DNA from: an uncultured Acidobacteriota bacterium
GTDB taxonomy: Bacteria > Acidobacteriota > Vicinamibacteria > Vicinamibacterales > UBA2999
Reading direction: 5' to 3'
Length of the DNA: 64,000 nucleotides
Assembly: GCA_963827515.1 (NCBI GenBank)
Contig: CAWHBF010000029.1
Coordinates: 336,092 to 400,091 of the forward strand
Part shown: positions 21,575 through 32,623 of the stretch, one piece after another
How positions within the stretch are numbered: the stretch's first letter is position 1
Layout: every line of letters begins with the position of its first letter
Program-made: the position numbers and the translations under genes
Notes under the pieces: generated by a model
What the model was told of the DNA's origin: nothing
The model's input: only the letters and a program-made list of their open reading frames with translations
Databases searched by the model: none

Positions 21575-22764
21575 CGGACCGCGGAAAACCTCCGCTGAAC
21601 GGCATCACTGTGGTCACGATCGAGCAGGCAGTGGCGGCACCGTTCGCCACCCGGCAACTCGCGGACCTGGGTGCCCGCGTCATCAAGATTGAACGACCGG
21701 ACGGAGGTGACTTCGCGCGAGCGTACGACACCACCACGAACGGGCTCTCCAGCCATTTCGTCTGGCTCAACCGATCGAAGCAATCGCTGACGCTCAATCT
21801 CAAGCAGCCGGTGGCCCTTGGCGTTGTGCACCAGCTGCTGGATCGTGCCGACGTCTTCGTACAGAACCTTGGGCCCGGCGCCGCCGAGCGTCTTGGAATC
21901 GGATCAGCTGCGCTACGCGCACGGTACCCTCGGCTGATCGTCTGTAACGTGTCAGGGTTCGGCACCTCGGGTCCGTACGCGTCAAAGAAGGCCTACGACC
22001 TGCTCGTGCAGGGCGAGGCCGGTCTCGTCTCCATTACTGGACCCGACGCGACTCCGAGTCGGGTCGGCATCTCTCTCGCTGACATTTCGGCCGGCATGTA
22101 TGCCTACTCCGCTGTCCTGACCGCGCTGTTGGCGCGCCGCGACACCGATCGCGGAACCGTCCTCGACATCTCCCTCTTTGACTCCCTCGCGGAGTGGATG
22201 GGGTTCCCGATGTACCACACGGCGTACAGCGGGCACTCACTGCCACGCAGCGGACCGCATCATGCATCGATCGCGCCCTACGGCCCGTTCGGCAGCGGCG
22301 ATGGCAGGCATGTGATCCTGGCTGTCCAGAACGACCGGGAATGGGTGCGTTTCTGTGGTGAGGTTCTACAACGCGCGGAGCTCACACATGACGAGCGATA
22401 TCGCACGAACGAGCTGCGCGTTCAGCATCGGCCGGCACTGCACGAGATGATCGACGACGTGCTGGGGCGCTTGTCGACCGAAGAGGTCATCGATCGTCTC
22501 GAAACCGCGGGGATTGCGTACTCGCGCATGAACACGGTGCCCGAGTTCCTCGAGCATCCCCAGCTGACCGCCCGCGGCCGCTGGACGGAGATTGGTTCCG
22601 AGGTTGGTCCGCTGCGCGCGCTCCGGCCGCCGGTGGAGATCGAGGGCGTCGAGCCGGTCATGGGTGACGTGCCGGCGCTCGGCCAGCACACCACGTCGAT
22701 CCTGGAGGAGCTCGGCGTCGATCGCCATACGATCGCCGCCTGGAAGAGCGCGGGAACGATCTGA
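21571..22764 (+). CDS. family III CoA-transferase (CaiB/BaiF type)
   Basis: 397-aa ORF. GITVVTIEQAVAAPFATRQLADLGARVIKIERPDGGDFAR is a hallmark N-terminus. ATGA overlap with the CitE-like gene. Confidence 0.85.
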   Translation: MTDRGKPPLNGITVVTIEQAVAAPFATRQLADLGARVIKIERPDGGDFARAYDTTTNGLSSHFVWLNRSKQSLTLNLKQPVALGVVHQLLDRADVFVQNLGPGAAERLGIGSAALRARYPRLIVCNVSGFGTSGPYASKKAYDLLVQGEAGLVSITGPDATPSRVGISLADISAGMYAYSAVLTALLARRDTDRGTVLDISLFDSLAEWMGFPMYHTAYSGHSLPRSGPHHASIAPYGPFGSGDGRHVILAVQNDREWVRFCGEVLQRAELTHDERYRTNELRVQHRPALHEMIDDVLGRLSTEEVIDRLETAGIAYSRMNTVPEFLEHPQLTARGRWTEIGSEVGPLRALRPPVEIEGVEPVMGDVPALGQHTTSILEELGVDRHTIAAWKSAGTI

Positions 22765-22770
22765 TTCGAC

Positions 22771-23232
22771 TCAACGGAAATGGACCCAGGTCACACCCGG
22801 GTTCACCGGATCGAGACGAAACGCCGCGACCACGGGCATGGACGCGAGGTGACGATGGACCGCGTCCCTGACGCGCCCTGAACCTTTGCCGTGAATCACC
22901 TCTAGTCGATCGGCGCCTCGCAGCAGCGACCGGTCGATCTCATCGGTGAGGCGGGCAAGCGCTTCTTCGACGATGAGCCCGTGTAGGTCGAGCCGACCGG
23001 CTGGCGCGACGTGCCCGCGATCTTCCTCAGTGTGTCTTGGCCGGGCAGGCTTGCTTCTGCTGGCCTTCGTCCTTCCCGAGTCCTTCTGGGTGTCGAGATC
23101 CTCCTCCCGGCACCACATCGTCACCCCCTCGATGCGCAGCTGGTAGCGGCCATCGCGGCCGATCGCGATGATGTCGCCACGCTTGTTTCCAAGCGCGCGA
23201 ACGATAGCCGCGTCACCAATGGAAAAGGGCAT
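22771..23232 (-). CDS. Smr domain protein (stand-alone MutS2 C-terminal-like)
   Basis: 153-aa ORF. LDLHGLIVEEALARL ... LEVIHGKGSGRVRDAV (Smr LDLHG / HGxG motifs). Confidence 0.75.
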   Translation of the reverse strand: MPFSIGDAAIVRALGNKRGDIIAIGRDGRYQLRIEGVTMWCREEDLDTQKDSGRTKASRSKPARPRHTEEDRGHVAPAGRLDLHGLIVEEALARLTDEIDRSLLRGADRLEVIHGKGSGRVRDAVHRHLASMPVVAAFRLDPVNPGVTWVHFR

Positions 23233-23251
23233 CAGGTATTATCGGATCCCC

Positions 23252-24253
23252 ATGGCGCACGAGGGCGGACGAGGGTCCGTGTCGTCTCCGGCACGCGTCG
23301 CCGTCGTGCAGGCGGCCCCTGTGGCGTTTGACGTCGCACGGACGCTCGAAAAGGTCAGCGATCTCGCCGCGGATGCGAGCCGTCGCGGAGCTCGCCTGAC
23401 TCTCTTTCCAGAGGCGTTCGTGTCTGCCTACCCGCGCGGTCTCGATTTCGGCGCGGTGGTCGGGTCGCGAAGCCCAGAGGGGCGTGAGCAGTTTCGGATC
23501 TTCCATGACAGCGCTATCGACGTTCCCGGTCAGGACGTCGATCGACTTGCCGCCATCGCCCACGCCGCCCGCATGCACCTGGTCATCGGCGTCATCGAGC
23601 GCGACCGCGGCACGCTGTACTGCACGGTCCTGTTCTTGGGGCCGGATGGACGCCTGGCCGGGAAACATCGGAAGGTGATGCCCACGGGCAGCGAACGACT
23701 GATCTGGGGTTTCGGCGACGGGTCCACGATGCCCGTGATCGAGACCGACATCGGCCGCGTCGGCGCCGTGATCTGCTGGGAGAACTACATGCCGCTCCTT
23801 CGCGCGGCGATGTATGCCAAAGGCATCGAGATCTACTGTGCACCAACAGCTGATGGCCGCGACACCTGGTTGCCCACGATGCGGCATGTCGCGCAAGAGG
23901 GCCGCTGTTTTGTGCTGTCGGCCAATCAGTTCGCGCGCCGGCGCGATTATCCGGCCGACTACCAGACGGCGTTTGGAGACGCACCCGACACGATTCTGTC
24001 GCGCGGCGGCAGCTGCATCATTGGCCCGCTGGGACAGGTGCTCGCGGGTGCTGATTTTGAGGATGAGACAATTCTGACTGCCGACATCGACCTCGACGAC
24101 CTCACTCGCGCCCGACAGGACTTCGACCCGGTGGGTCACTACGCGAGGCCCGACCTCTTCCAACTCCACGTTGACGAGACATCCCGATCGCCGGTCATGT
24201 TCCACAACGCTGCGTCCGCCGCGGTCACTCCCGATTCCGATCGGAAAGAATGA
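23252..24253 (+). CDS. nitrilase / carbon-nitrogen hydrolase family enzyme
   Basis: Internal ATG at 23252 of ORF 23168-24253, which avoids overlap with the divergent Smr gene. Glu-Lys-Cys triad contexts: LTLFPEAF, HRKVMPT, AVICWENYMPL. Confidence 0.85.
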   Translation: MAHEGGRGSVSSPARVAVVQAAPVAFDVARTLEKVSDLAADASRRGARLTLFPEAFVSAYPRGLDFGAVVGSRSPEGREQFRIFHDSAIDVPGQDVDRLAAIAHAARMHLVIGVIERDRGTLYCTVLFLGPDGRLAGKHRKVMPTGSERLIWGFGDGSTMPVIETDIGRVGAVICWENYMPLLRAAMYAKGIEIYCAPTADGRDTWLPTMRHVAQEGRCFVLSANQFARRRDYPADYQTAFGDAPDTILSRGGSCIIGPLGQVLAGADFEDETILTADIDLDDLTRARQDFDPVGHYARPDLFQLHVDETSRSPVMFHNAASAAVTPDSDRKE

Positions 24254-26440
24254 CAGGGCTCACGGTGAAGGGAGCCGGCGTGCGGGGATTGGTGTGGCGA
24301 GCGGCGATCTCCATTTTGACCATCGGAACCCCGACGTTCGTTGTTGCGCAGGAGGTGGCGACGCCGGCGCTGCGGACTGGCAGCGGCGCGGAAACGATTC
24401 GCCTCGATGGGATTCTGGACGAGGCTGCCTGGAGCGCCGCCGAGACGACAGGGGCCTTTGCTCAGACGGACCCGAGCGAGGGGGCACCGGCAACGTTCCC
24501 GACCACGGTGCGCGTGTTGGCCGGCAGGAAAACCCTTGTCATTGGCATCATATGCAGCGATGCCGATCCGACGGGGATCGTCAGCTTCAACGTCAGACGC
24601 GACGCGCCCCTTGGGCAGGAGGATCATGTGCGCATCGTCCTGGGCCCGTTTCAGGATGGTCGGTCCGGATACGTGTTCGCCGTCAATCCGAACGGTGCTC
24701 GCTACGATGGCGTGGTCAACGCGAGCGGCGAGAACGAGAACGCCGAATGGGATGCTATCTGGGAGGCTGAAACCGCTCGCGGGAATGACGGTTGGAGCGC
24801 TGAGATCCGCATCCCAATCGATTCCCTGAGCTTCAGGCCGGAACTGCGCGAGTGGCATCTCAACATTGAGCGCCGCGTGCAGAGGCTGCAGGAAGTCGAT
24901 CGCTGGGCGTCGCCGGTGCGACAGGTACAGGCTCACGCAGACCAGTCGCGCAGGGTTGCTGACAGAGATCCCAGACTTCGCGCTGGGTCGAGGCCTGAGC
25001 GTTCGGCCAAGCATCACCACGGGTGGGGGGGTTCCGACGCGCGCTGCCTCCGTTGAGGGCGAGTTCCGTCCGAGTCTCGACGTCACGCAGCGCCTGGGTT
25101 CCAACGTCACCGCCTCGTTCACGTCGTTCACCGATTTCGCTGAGACGGAAGTCGATACACGTCAGACGAACCTGACGCGGTTCCCCCTGCTCTTCCCGGA
25201 GAAGCGGACGTTTTTTCTCGAAGGCGTGGACATCTTCCAGTTCGGTCCCCCCGTCAACAACGACATGATTCCGTACTTCAGCCGGCGCATCGGCCTCGTG
25301 GGTGGCAGCGAAGTGCCGATTCTTGTCGGAGGGAAGGTCAACGGGCGCGTGTCCAGCACCAACTTCGCAGGTATCGTCGTGACCACCGATGAGGAGCCGG
25401 GCGTGGTCGCCGAACGCACCACGATGGCCGTGGCGCGGGTCAAACAGAACCTCTGGCGCGAGTCCTACATCGGGTTCCTGGCCACCGCAGGCGACCCGCT
25501 CGGACGCAGTGGCAGCTGGTTGAGCGGAGTGGACTTCACGTACAGCACCACGAGTTTTCTCGGGAACAAGAACTTCTCGGTGAGTGCATGGGCGGTCGCG
25601 ACCGGTCGCGAGGGCTTGCGCGGCGACACCACGGCCTACGCGGCCAAGATCGACTATCCGAATGACAAATGGGACATGCGTTTCTGGTACCGGCGTATTG
25701 GGGCTGATTTCGATCCCTCGATCGGTTTCGTCCCGCGTCGTGCGATGCAGCGCTTGAATCCCGCGATCTCAAATCGGACGCGCTTCTCCAGCGGCCCGGT
25801 TCAGGATGTGAGCCACGGCGTGAATCCCTACATCACGCTGGACCTGGATGGGCGGTGGGAGAGTCTGGATTCGCCCATCCAGTCGGTCTGGCGATTTCGA
25901 AGCGGCGATCGTGTTCAGGCGGTCGTCACGCCCGCCGGCGATCGTCCGGTACAACCCTTCCAAATCTCTCCGGGTGTCATTGTCCCGCCAGGCAGCTACA
26001 CCTGGGTCCGCCGGAACCTGGGCTTCACCACCGCGCAGAAGCGGCGTCTCTACACATCGGTCGGGTGGACGACCGGGTCGTTCTATGACGGGGAGCTGAC
26101 ACAATGGGACCTGACCGTGGTGTGGAACCCCACCGCGCTCTACACCGTGGAGTTGAACGCCGAGCGCAACGAGGGAGACCTGACAGGCGGACAGTTCACG
26201 CAGAATGTGCTGGGCACACGGCTGCGCATCAACGTGTCGCCGGATCTGTCGATTGCCACCTACGCCCAGTACGACACCGAGAGCAAGCTCGTGGGCATCA
26301 ACTCGCGGTTGCGGTGGACGTTTCTCCCTGTGGCCGATCTATTCGTGGTCTACAACCACAACGTGCGCTCGACGCTGGACCGTTGGGCGCTCGAGTCGAA
26401 TCAGCTGCTGATCAAGCTGCAGTACGCGTGGAGGATGTGA
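24250..26440 (+). CDS. secreted CBM9-like / DUF5916-type protein; frame disruption at ~24925
   Basis: ORF 24250-25056 (signal peptide; RLDGILDEAAWSAA...; HVRIVLGPFQDGRSGYVFAVNPNGARYDG; WSAEIRIPIDSL) continues in ORF 24866-26440 (AGLLTEIPDFALGRGLSVRP..., long beta-rich C-terminal part). Family assignment is from memory. Confidence 0.6.
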
Positions 26441-26554
26441 GCGCACGGCACCACATGTTTGCCTTGTCGTTACCCGAGAGTCATAGAGAGATTACCGCGG
26501 TCTGGTCAAATCCCCGGAGACGGCCATTCTGGAGCCGCAGAGCGTGGGGGAGAC

Positions 26555-27690
26555 ATGATCAGAGAGACGCTGGCGTGGTGGGACTGGAAAGGGATTGGGG
26601 GCGGCGTCGCGAGCATCGGTGCGACAGCGATCGTCGTAGCGGTCGGAGCAAGCTCTCTGGTCGGCGCGCAAACCGGTAACGGCCGCGTGGATCAAGCCAA
26701 TCGCAGCGGGTGGAGTCCCTATGCGATCGGATTGTGGGGGGACCTCCCGTACTCGCCGGCTCAGGAGACGGTTGGCGTTCCGAACTTGATTGCTGACATG
26801 AATGCCCAGCGTCTGGCTTTCAGCGTGCACGACGGGGATCTCAAGCAGGGCTCGAACAGCCCGTGCGACGCAGCGCTGTACCAGCGATCCTTGGGTACTT
26901 CAACTCGCTGGAAGCGCCCGCGATGTTTACGCCGGGCGACAACGATTGGACGGATTGCGACCGCCCTTCGAACGGAGGGTTCCCGTCCCTGGGAAGACTC
27001 GACCTCGAGCGCGAGGTGTTTTTCAGCACGCCGTATTCGCTTGGTCAGATCCAGTTGCCGCAGGACGTCCAGATGGAACCGCTCTGCCTCGGCTTGGGGG
27101 GATTCGTCCCGTGCGTGGAGAACCGGAGGTGGAGTCTGCGAGGAGTCACCTACGCGACCCTCAACATCCAGGGCTCGTGCAACAACCTGTGCGATACGGA
27201 TCCCGATCCGGACGAGTATGCCGCTCGCAATGACGCGGTCATTCAGTGGATGCAGGAGACGTTTGAGGAAGCCGAGGCCCGCGGTTCAGCCGCGGTGATG
27301 CTGATCGCACAGGCAAATCCGGGGTGGGACTTGTCGGATCCGACTCGCGCCCCGATTCGCGACCCACGCACGCTGGCACAGGCGGATGCGTTGCCCGACG
27401 GCTTTCAGGAGTTTCTCCTCGCTCTCCGCGAAGAGGTGGTTCGATTCGGCAAGCCGGTGGCGTACGTCCACGGAGACTCCCACTACTTCCGGATCGACAG
27501 GCCCTTTCAGGATGCGCAGGGTCGCAGGCTCGAAAACTTCACGCGTGTCGAAACGTTCGGCAACAACCCCGCCAACGGGAACAACGATGTGCAGTGGGTC
27601 AAGGTGAATGTCGACGCCCGCACGCGGGAGGTCTTCGCGTACCAGGTGCAAATTGTTCCGGGCAACCGGACGGCGGTCCCAGCCCCATAG
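26555..27690 (+). CDS. calcineurin-like metallophosphoesterase; frame disruption at ~26883
   Basis: ATG at 26555 preceded by GGGGGAG. ORF 26459-27298 (FSVHDGDLKQG) joins ORF 26863-27690 (MFTPGDNDWTDC, AYVHGDSHYF). Confidence 0.65.
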
Positions 27691-27709
27691 CACGCCGGAC
27701 CAATCGGGC

Positions 27710-28885
27710 TCAGCCCATCAGGTGGTAGGCGCCCGACACCGCGCCGGATGAGGGGAAGACGCGGTCTGCCTGCGCAGGTGTCAGATCGAAGGTGCCGGCG
27801 ATGGCGGCCTTCAGGACGGCGCGTGTATCCAGCGTCGGTTTGAGATCCCGTCCTTCGAACAGCGCGGTGGTCGCCAGCCCAGGCCAATCGGAGAAGACGG
27901 TTGAGCGCGCCACCTTTGGGCCGATCAGGAAGCCGGCACCTGCGGTCCCATGATCCGTCCCGCGAGTCCCGTTGGGCCGGGCGGTCCGTCCGAATTCGGT
28001 CATGACCACAACAGTGGTATTGGCCCAGGCGGTTCCCATTTCGGTTCGAAACGTCACGAGCCCCTCGGCGAGCTGCCCGAGCAAGCGATCCAGCGCCCCA
28101 CCGACCAGCCCCTGATTCGCGTGGGTGTCCCAGCCGCTGAACTCGACCGCCGCGATGTTGGGGCCCCTGTCCTCCCGCAGAATGCGCGCCGCCGCAGTCA
28201 TCAGCGGCGTCACGCCGCCGCGCCGCGCGCCTTGACCGGCCATCGGCTCTTCTCCGATGGTCGCTTGTTGCTGGATCGCCGCTTCGAATCGGCCGTGCAG
28301 AACGCTGTCTGCTCGGTAGAGCACTGACAGCCGATCGAGATATCCGTCATCCACGACACCGAGCTGGGTGGGTGACCAGGTGCGCACGTCCACCGGGCCC
28401 GACATGGAGCGGGGAAGCCCAGACGCGATCGCGATCCCAGATCGTTCGCCCGGCATCACCTGCAGAAGGCGGTTCAGCCATCCATCGGCTGATCCCATCG
28501 GCCGATCGATGCCGGTTTCCAGGATCGCCTGGCCGTCGAAGTGGCTTCGCGTGCGATAGGGAATCGCCATCGCATGCAGGACGACCAGTTCCTCCTGTGC
28601 CCACAGTTCGCGGAGCGGCGCAAGGCCGGGGGCCAGTGCGAATTCGTCGTCGAGCGCGATCAGGTCCGAGTCCTCGAACGCCAGACCGCCTCGCAGGGAC
28701 CGATAGTCGGGATCGCCGTAGGGGATCACGGCAGCAAGGCCATCGAATCCGCCACGGAGCAGCACGAATACAAACCGGCCGTTCTGTCGGACCTGAGCAA
28801 AGGTGACGCGAGGCAGACCGAACGTGGCGATCCCGCCCAGGCACATGTGTCTCACGAATGTCCGACGGTCCATGATCATCTCCAC
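27710..28885 (-). CDS. DUF1501-family (sulfatase-like fold) Tat-secreted protein
   Basis: 391-aa ORF. Twin-Arg signal MDRRTFVRHMCLGGIATFGLP. TEFGRTARPNGTRGTDHGTAG is typical of DUF1501. Paired with the DUF1800 gene upstream. Confidence 0.75.
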   Translation of the reverse strand: MEMIMDRRTFVRHMCLGGIATFGLPRVTFAQVRQNGRFVFVLLRGGFDGLAAVIPYGDPDYRSLRGGLAFEDSDLIALDDEFALAPGLAPLRELWAQEELVVLHAMAIPYRTRSHFDGQAILETGIDRPMGSADGWLNRLLQVMPGERSGIAIASGLPRSMSGPVDVRTWSPTQLGVVDDGYLDRLSVLYRADSVLHGRFEAAIQQQATIGEEPMAGQGARRGGVTPLMTAAARILREDRGPNIAAVEFSGWDTHANQGLVGGALDRLLGQLAEGLVTFRTEMGTAWANTTVVVMTEFGRTARPNGTRGTDHGTAGAGFLIGPKVARSTVFSDWPGLATTALFEGRDLKPTLDTRAVLKAAIAGTFDLTPAQADRVFPSSGAVSGAYHLMG

Positions 28886-30268
28886 TGAAACGCAGGTCCG
28901 GCAATGGCGAGTGAAAGACGGTCCGCGGGAGCAATCGACGTGTCCGAGAGCAAGGCGCGGAGCGGATCCTTTTCGCTCACGTCGACGACTTCGAGGAGAT
29001 CGCGCGGCTCGATTCGATCGGCGCGCAGACGCCCCGCGAGCGTTCTGGCCAATTCCGCTCGATTGAGCAATGAGTCAGGGTCGGCCCATTCCTGCACCGA
29101 GTCTCCGAAGCCTTTCGGCGACTGCGGAGCCCATAGTGGATGACGCAGCTGACGCAGAACCGGTACCGTCATCGGACCGATCTCTGGAGCACCGAACGCG
29201 CGCAACGCCGCCACGAGCCAGTCCTGCGGCGTGCGGAACTTCCGCGTCTCGTCGCTCCACGCTTCCTGAACGTCGATGAGCGCCGTGGCGACCGCGCGGA
29301 GATCGCCGTCGGAGGAGCGAAAGACCCGGGCGACACGGTCGACCGCAGCGGCCGGCGGATCGTCGGCGACGAAGTGCGTCACGAGTTTCATGGCGATGAA
29401 TCGAGCCGTCGACGCATGGCTGCAGAGGTCGTGGATGGCACGTTCGCCCTGCGCAACGCCGCCTTCTGGGTAGCGCACGCCGAGCACAGTTCTCGCACCC
29501 GGTTCGTGAAGGACGCCCTGGAACGCAAAGCCGATCGCGGACCCGCCATCCTGCAGTCCGGTCACCGTCCAACCAGTGAGGGTCTTTGCCAACTCCTCCA
29601 CATCCTGCTGGGCATACCCGCCGTTCACGCCAACTGTGTGCAGCTCGAGGAGCTCACGCGCGTAGTTCTCGTTGAGCCCGCGTGCCCCTCGCCCGCGGCG
29701 TCGTGCGGCGCCGCGCGAGGTCGGACCGATGGACTGGAAGTTGTCGAGATAGACGAGCATCGCCGGATGCTTCGCCGACGCCAGGACCATGTCCTCGAAC
29801 CGGCCGAGAACATGTGGACGGATCAGCTTCGCGTTCGTAGCTGCCTGCCAACGGGACCACGAGCACCTTGGCTGCAGTGGACACGCACAGGTGATTCGAC
29901 CAGAAGGCCACAAGTCGCTCGACGAACGGGCGCTCGCTTACCTGATGCGCGTCTCGAGTGCGGCGAGGGCTTTCTGCCGCCGCGATCTCGACCAGTCGCC
30001 GTCGCGCCTGTTGGCGCGGCTGAGGTGGCTGTGGTTGTTGGGAAGGCTGGGCCGGCGGCGGCTGTCGTCGGTTCGCCTGCGCGGGCATGCGGAACGCGCG
30101 AATCGCATCGCTGATCGCGGCCGGGGCCGCTATGGCCGGAGCGGCCGCCATCGGTGGGTCGCCGGCGAGCTGCGCCCGGAGCCAGCCGCGAGGGTCCCGC
30201 AGTCGGCCCCGCTCGCCAGGGCGCGCGCCCAGCCCGAAGCGGTTCAACGCTCGGAGTGCGGCGTTCAT
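28876..30268 (-). CDS. DUF1800-family protein; frame disruption at ~29830
   Basis: ATG at 30268 (MNAALRALNRFGLGARPGE...) in the frame of ORF 29654-30784, up to ...PLAGSYEREA. It continues in ORF 28876-29913 (IRPHVLGRFEDMVLASAKHPAMLVYLDN ... NENYARELLELHTVG). Overlaps the DUF1501 start by 10 nt. Confidence 0.7.
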
Positions 30269-30413
30269 GTCAGGGGTTACTCGCCGTTGGGCCTGAACGT
30301 TTACCAGAGGCACAGGACCGTTGCTTTCGATGCCCGGGCTACACAGAATGGCCCGGCGGCCATCGGTGGCCGATTCTGAGGAGATCTTGATGCTCGCGCG
30401 TCTTGTCTCGGTG

Positions 30414-30500
30414 CTAGACCGCTTGTCGATTCGGCGATAGAGCGGAGGCGGTTTACGCCTCCGCAGGACACGCGCACGCTGAAGCGTGCGCTCTAACGGC
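30414..30500 (-). repeat. dispersed double-hairpin repeat, copy B (inverted relative to copy A)
   Basis: ctagaccgcttgtcgattcggcgatagagcggaggcggtttacgcctccgcaggacacgcgcacgctgaagcgtgcgctctaacggc. Lies between two co-directional minus-strand genes. Confidence 0.85.
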
Positions 30501-30554
30501 AGAATCACTAGCAAATCACTAGAGGTTCCCGTTTGAACTCTGGACGCTGCATTA

Positions 30555-32551
30555 TCAGTCCGCCAACGGATTGGGTCGCAGTTGGATGTGCGCGACGTAG
30601 CCCATCCGCGTCTCGCTGAACTTTGGAAGATACGAGTTGTACGACGCCCACAGCCCCCGCCCCTTCCACCCCGCGCCCGCATCGTCGATGCGCCCATCGA
30701 GCCCGCGTGTGAAGAACGGCAGCGGATATGGCATGCGGAAGGTCGAGAAGCGCTCCGTCTTCGGGTCGAAGATAAAGAGCGCATCCGACGAGGTGCCAGT
30801 GACGATCACCATGTCCTTGCCCATGCCGAGCGTGTCGAACTGATCCACCCAGAGGAAATAGGGGTACTCGGTGCTGCCGGTCTCCTTGCCGGTGCCCGGG
30901 TACTTCGGGCCGGGCAACTCCCAGTAGGTGAACTTCTCCGTTTTCGGATCGAAGCGCGCAAGGTGGCCGCTCCCGGCCGAGAACCACACGCGGCCGTCGG
31001 TGCTGTGGTCGATGCCGTGCGCCAGGCGGCCGGGCGCCGGCAGCGGGTAGTCCGTCATCCTCCGCGTCTTGGGGTCGATCTTCCAAATTTTGTTCTCCGG
31101 CCCGTTGGAGGTGGAGACGCTCACGAAGACGTTGCCGTCCACCGGGCTGACGGTGATGCCGTACCCGCCGCTTGGCAGCACGCGCTTGGTGCGCGGGTCG
31201 ACACGCATCCACGCCATCTGCGCGTCCGCTTCGGTCGCCGGGATGTTCTTGAAGTCGAGCTTGTTCAGGTCGAGCGTTCCGATGATGCCCGCGTCGGTCC
31301 AGAGCCGGCCCTTCCAGTCGAACTGCAGATGATGCGTCGGGAAACTCGTGTCCACCTGACCGAATGTTCCCGTCTTTGAGTCGTAGAAACCGAGGTGCAT
31401 GCCGTTGCCGCGCGACGCCAACGACTGGTAGGCGAGGTCGATCTCCTCGGCCTTCATCGACTCGGTGACGATGGTGTCCTTGATCCAGCGCGGGTTGTTC
31501 TCCACGCCGCCCGGACGCATGCCCACCGTCATCCACACGCGCCCCTGGTCGTCCATCATCGGGTTGTGCGGGCTCGCCATCCAGCGTGCGGTGTCGCCTT
31601 CGTTGGTGTGGTAGTAGTCCTTCGCCGCGTCGTAGCCGTCCTTCCGGCGCGGCTCTATCTGTAATGCATCTACGGTGTGCTTCACCGGATCGAGCACAAG
31701 GAGCCTCCCGCCGTACATTCGGTCCGCGCCGAAGACCTTGCCGTACGGGTAAAGCGTCGGGTTGCGCTTGTCGGTGGCGATGTTGTCGTGCACGAACGAC
31801 TGCGCGGAGCCCCAGTCCCACTGGGTGACGACGAAGTTGCGCTCGATGCCGGTGGGCCTGGGCGGCGCCGGCGGCAGCGCGCCAGCGCGCATGCGGCCCA
31901 CCCAATCGGCCAGCGTCTTCGTGAGGAGCGGTCGCCCCAGCTCGTCGGCGGCGCTGCTCATGCCACGGTTGAGCGAGAGCAGTTTGTCCCACTGCTCGGG
32001 CTGGTTGTAGATGCGGGTGGCCGTCATGCCAAGCTGGTGGCACTGGTTGCACGCGCGCAGCTCGGTGAGCCAGTGGTCCTGGCTTCCCTTGAACTCGGGC
32101 GGCAGCTGGTCCTTGCTCGGTGGCTGGATGAGTGCCGCCCACGATGAGGCCGGATAGATGCGCGCCGCCTCCTGCGGCGTCGCATCGCTCGCCTGCAATC
32201 GGATCTGTTGACCGCGCTCGGCCTTCACTTTGGCCGAGTCCTTCAGACCGAAGCCGCGCACCCACACGTCGTACGACGCCGCCGGCAGATCGGGCACGAG
32301 GAATCGTCCCAGGTCGTCGGTAACGACGACCTTTCGGTAGGGGGTCGAGAGCTTTGTCTCGGCGATCACCCACACGCCCGCCTCGGGCCGCCCGCTCGCC
32401 GCGTTCGTCACCGTGCCGCCGATAGCTTCGGGCACCGTCTGCACTGCAGGCGCTGCGCCGTTGCGCCCAGCGACGCCTTCACGGCCGACGCGGCCGCGAC
32501 GCCAACGCCCATCAGGACCACCCACGCGGTCGTGCGCATGATGTTCGGCAT
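30555..32551 (-). CDS. secreted CarboxypepD_reg-like domain / single heme c motif / beta-propeller protein; frame disruption at ~32470
   Basis: ATG at 32551 with GGAG upstream encodes the signal peptide MPNIMRTTAWVVLMGVGVAAASAVKA in one frame. The body is in ORF 30555-32600: GGTVTNAASGRPEAGVWVIAE...SYDVWVRGFG (Ig-like carboxypeptidase-regulatory domain), LRACNQCHQLG (CxxCH), then repeated propeller-like segments (GRVWMTV, GRLWTDA, GNVFVSV, GRVWFSA). Confidence 0.65.
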
Positions 32552-32623
32552 CTTTACTCCTCAGCTCTCCCCAGGTATAGACGACGTCGGAGGATCGCAA
32601 ATCGACGTGCAGTTCGGCCGGAT

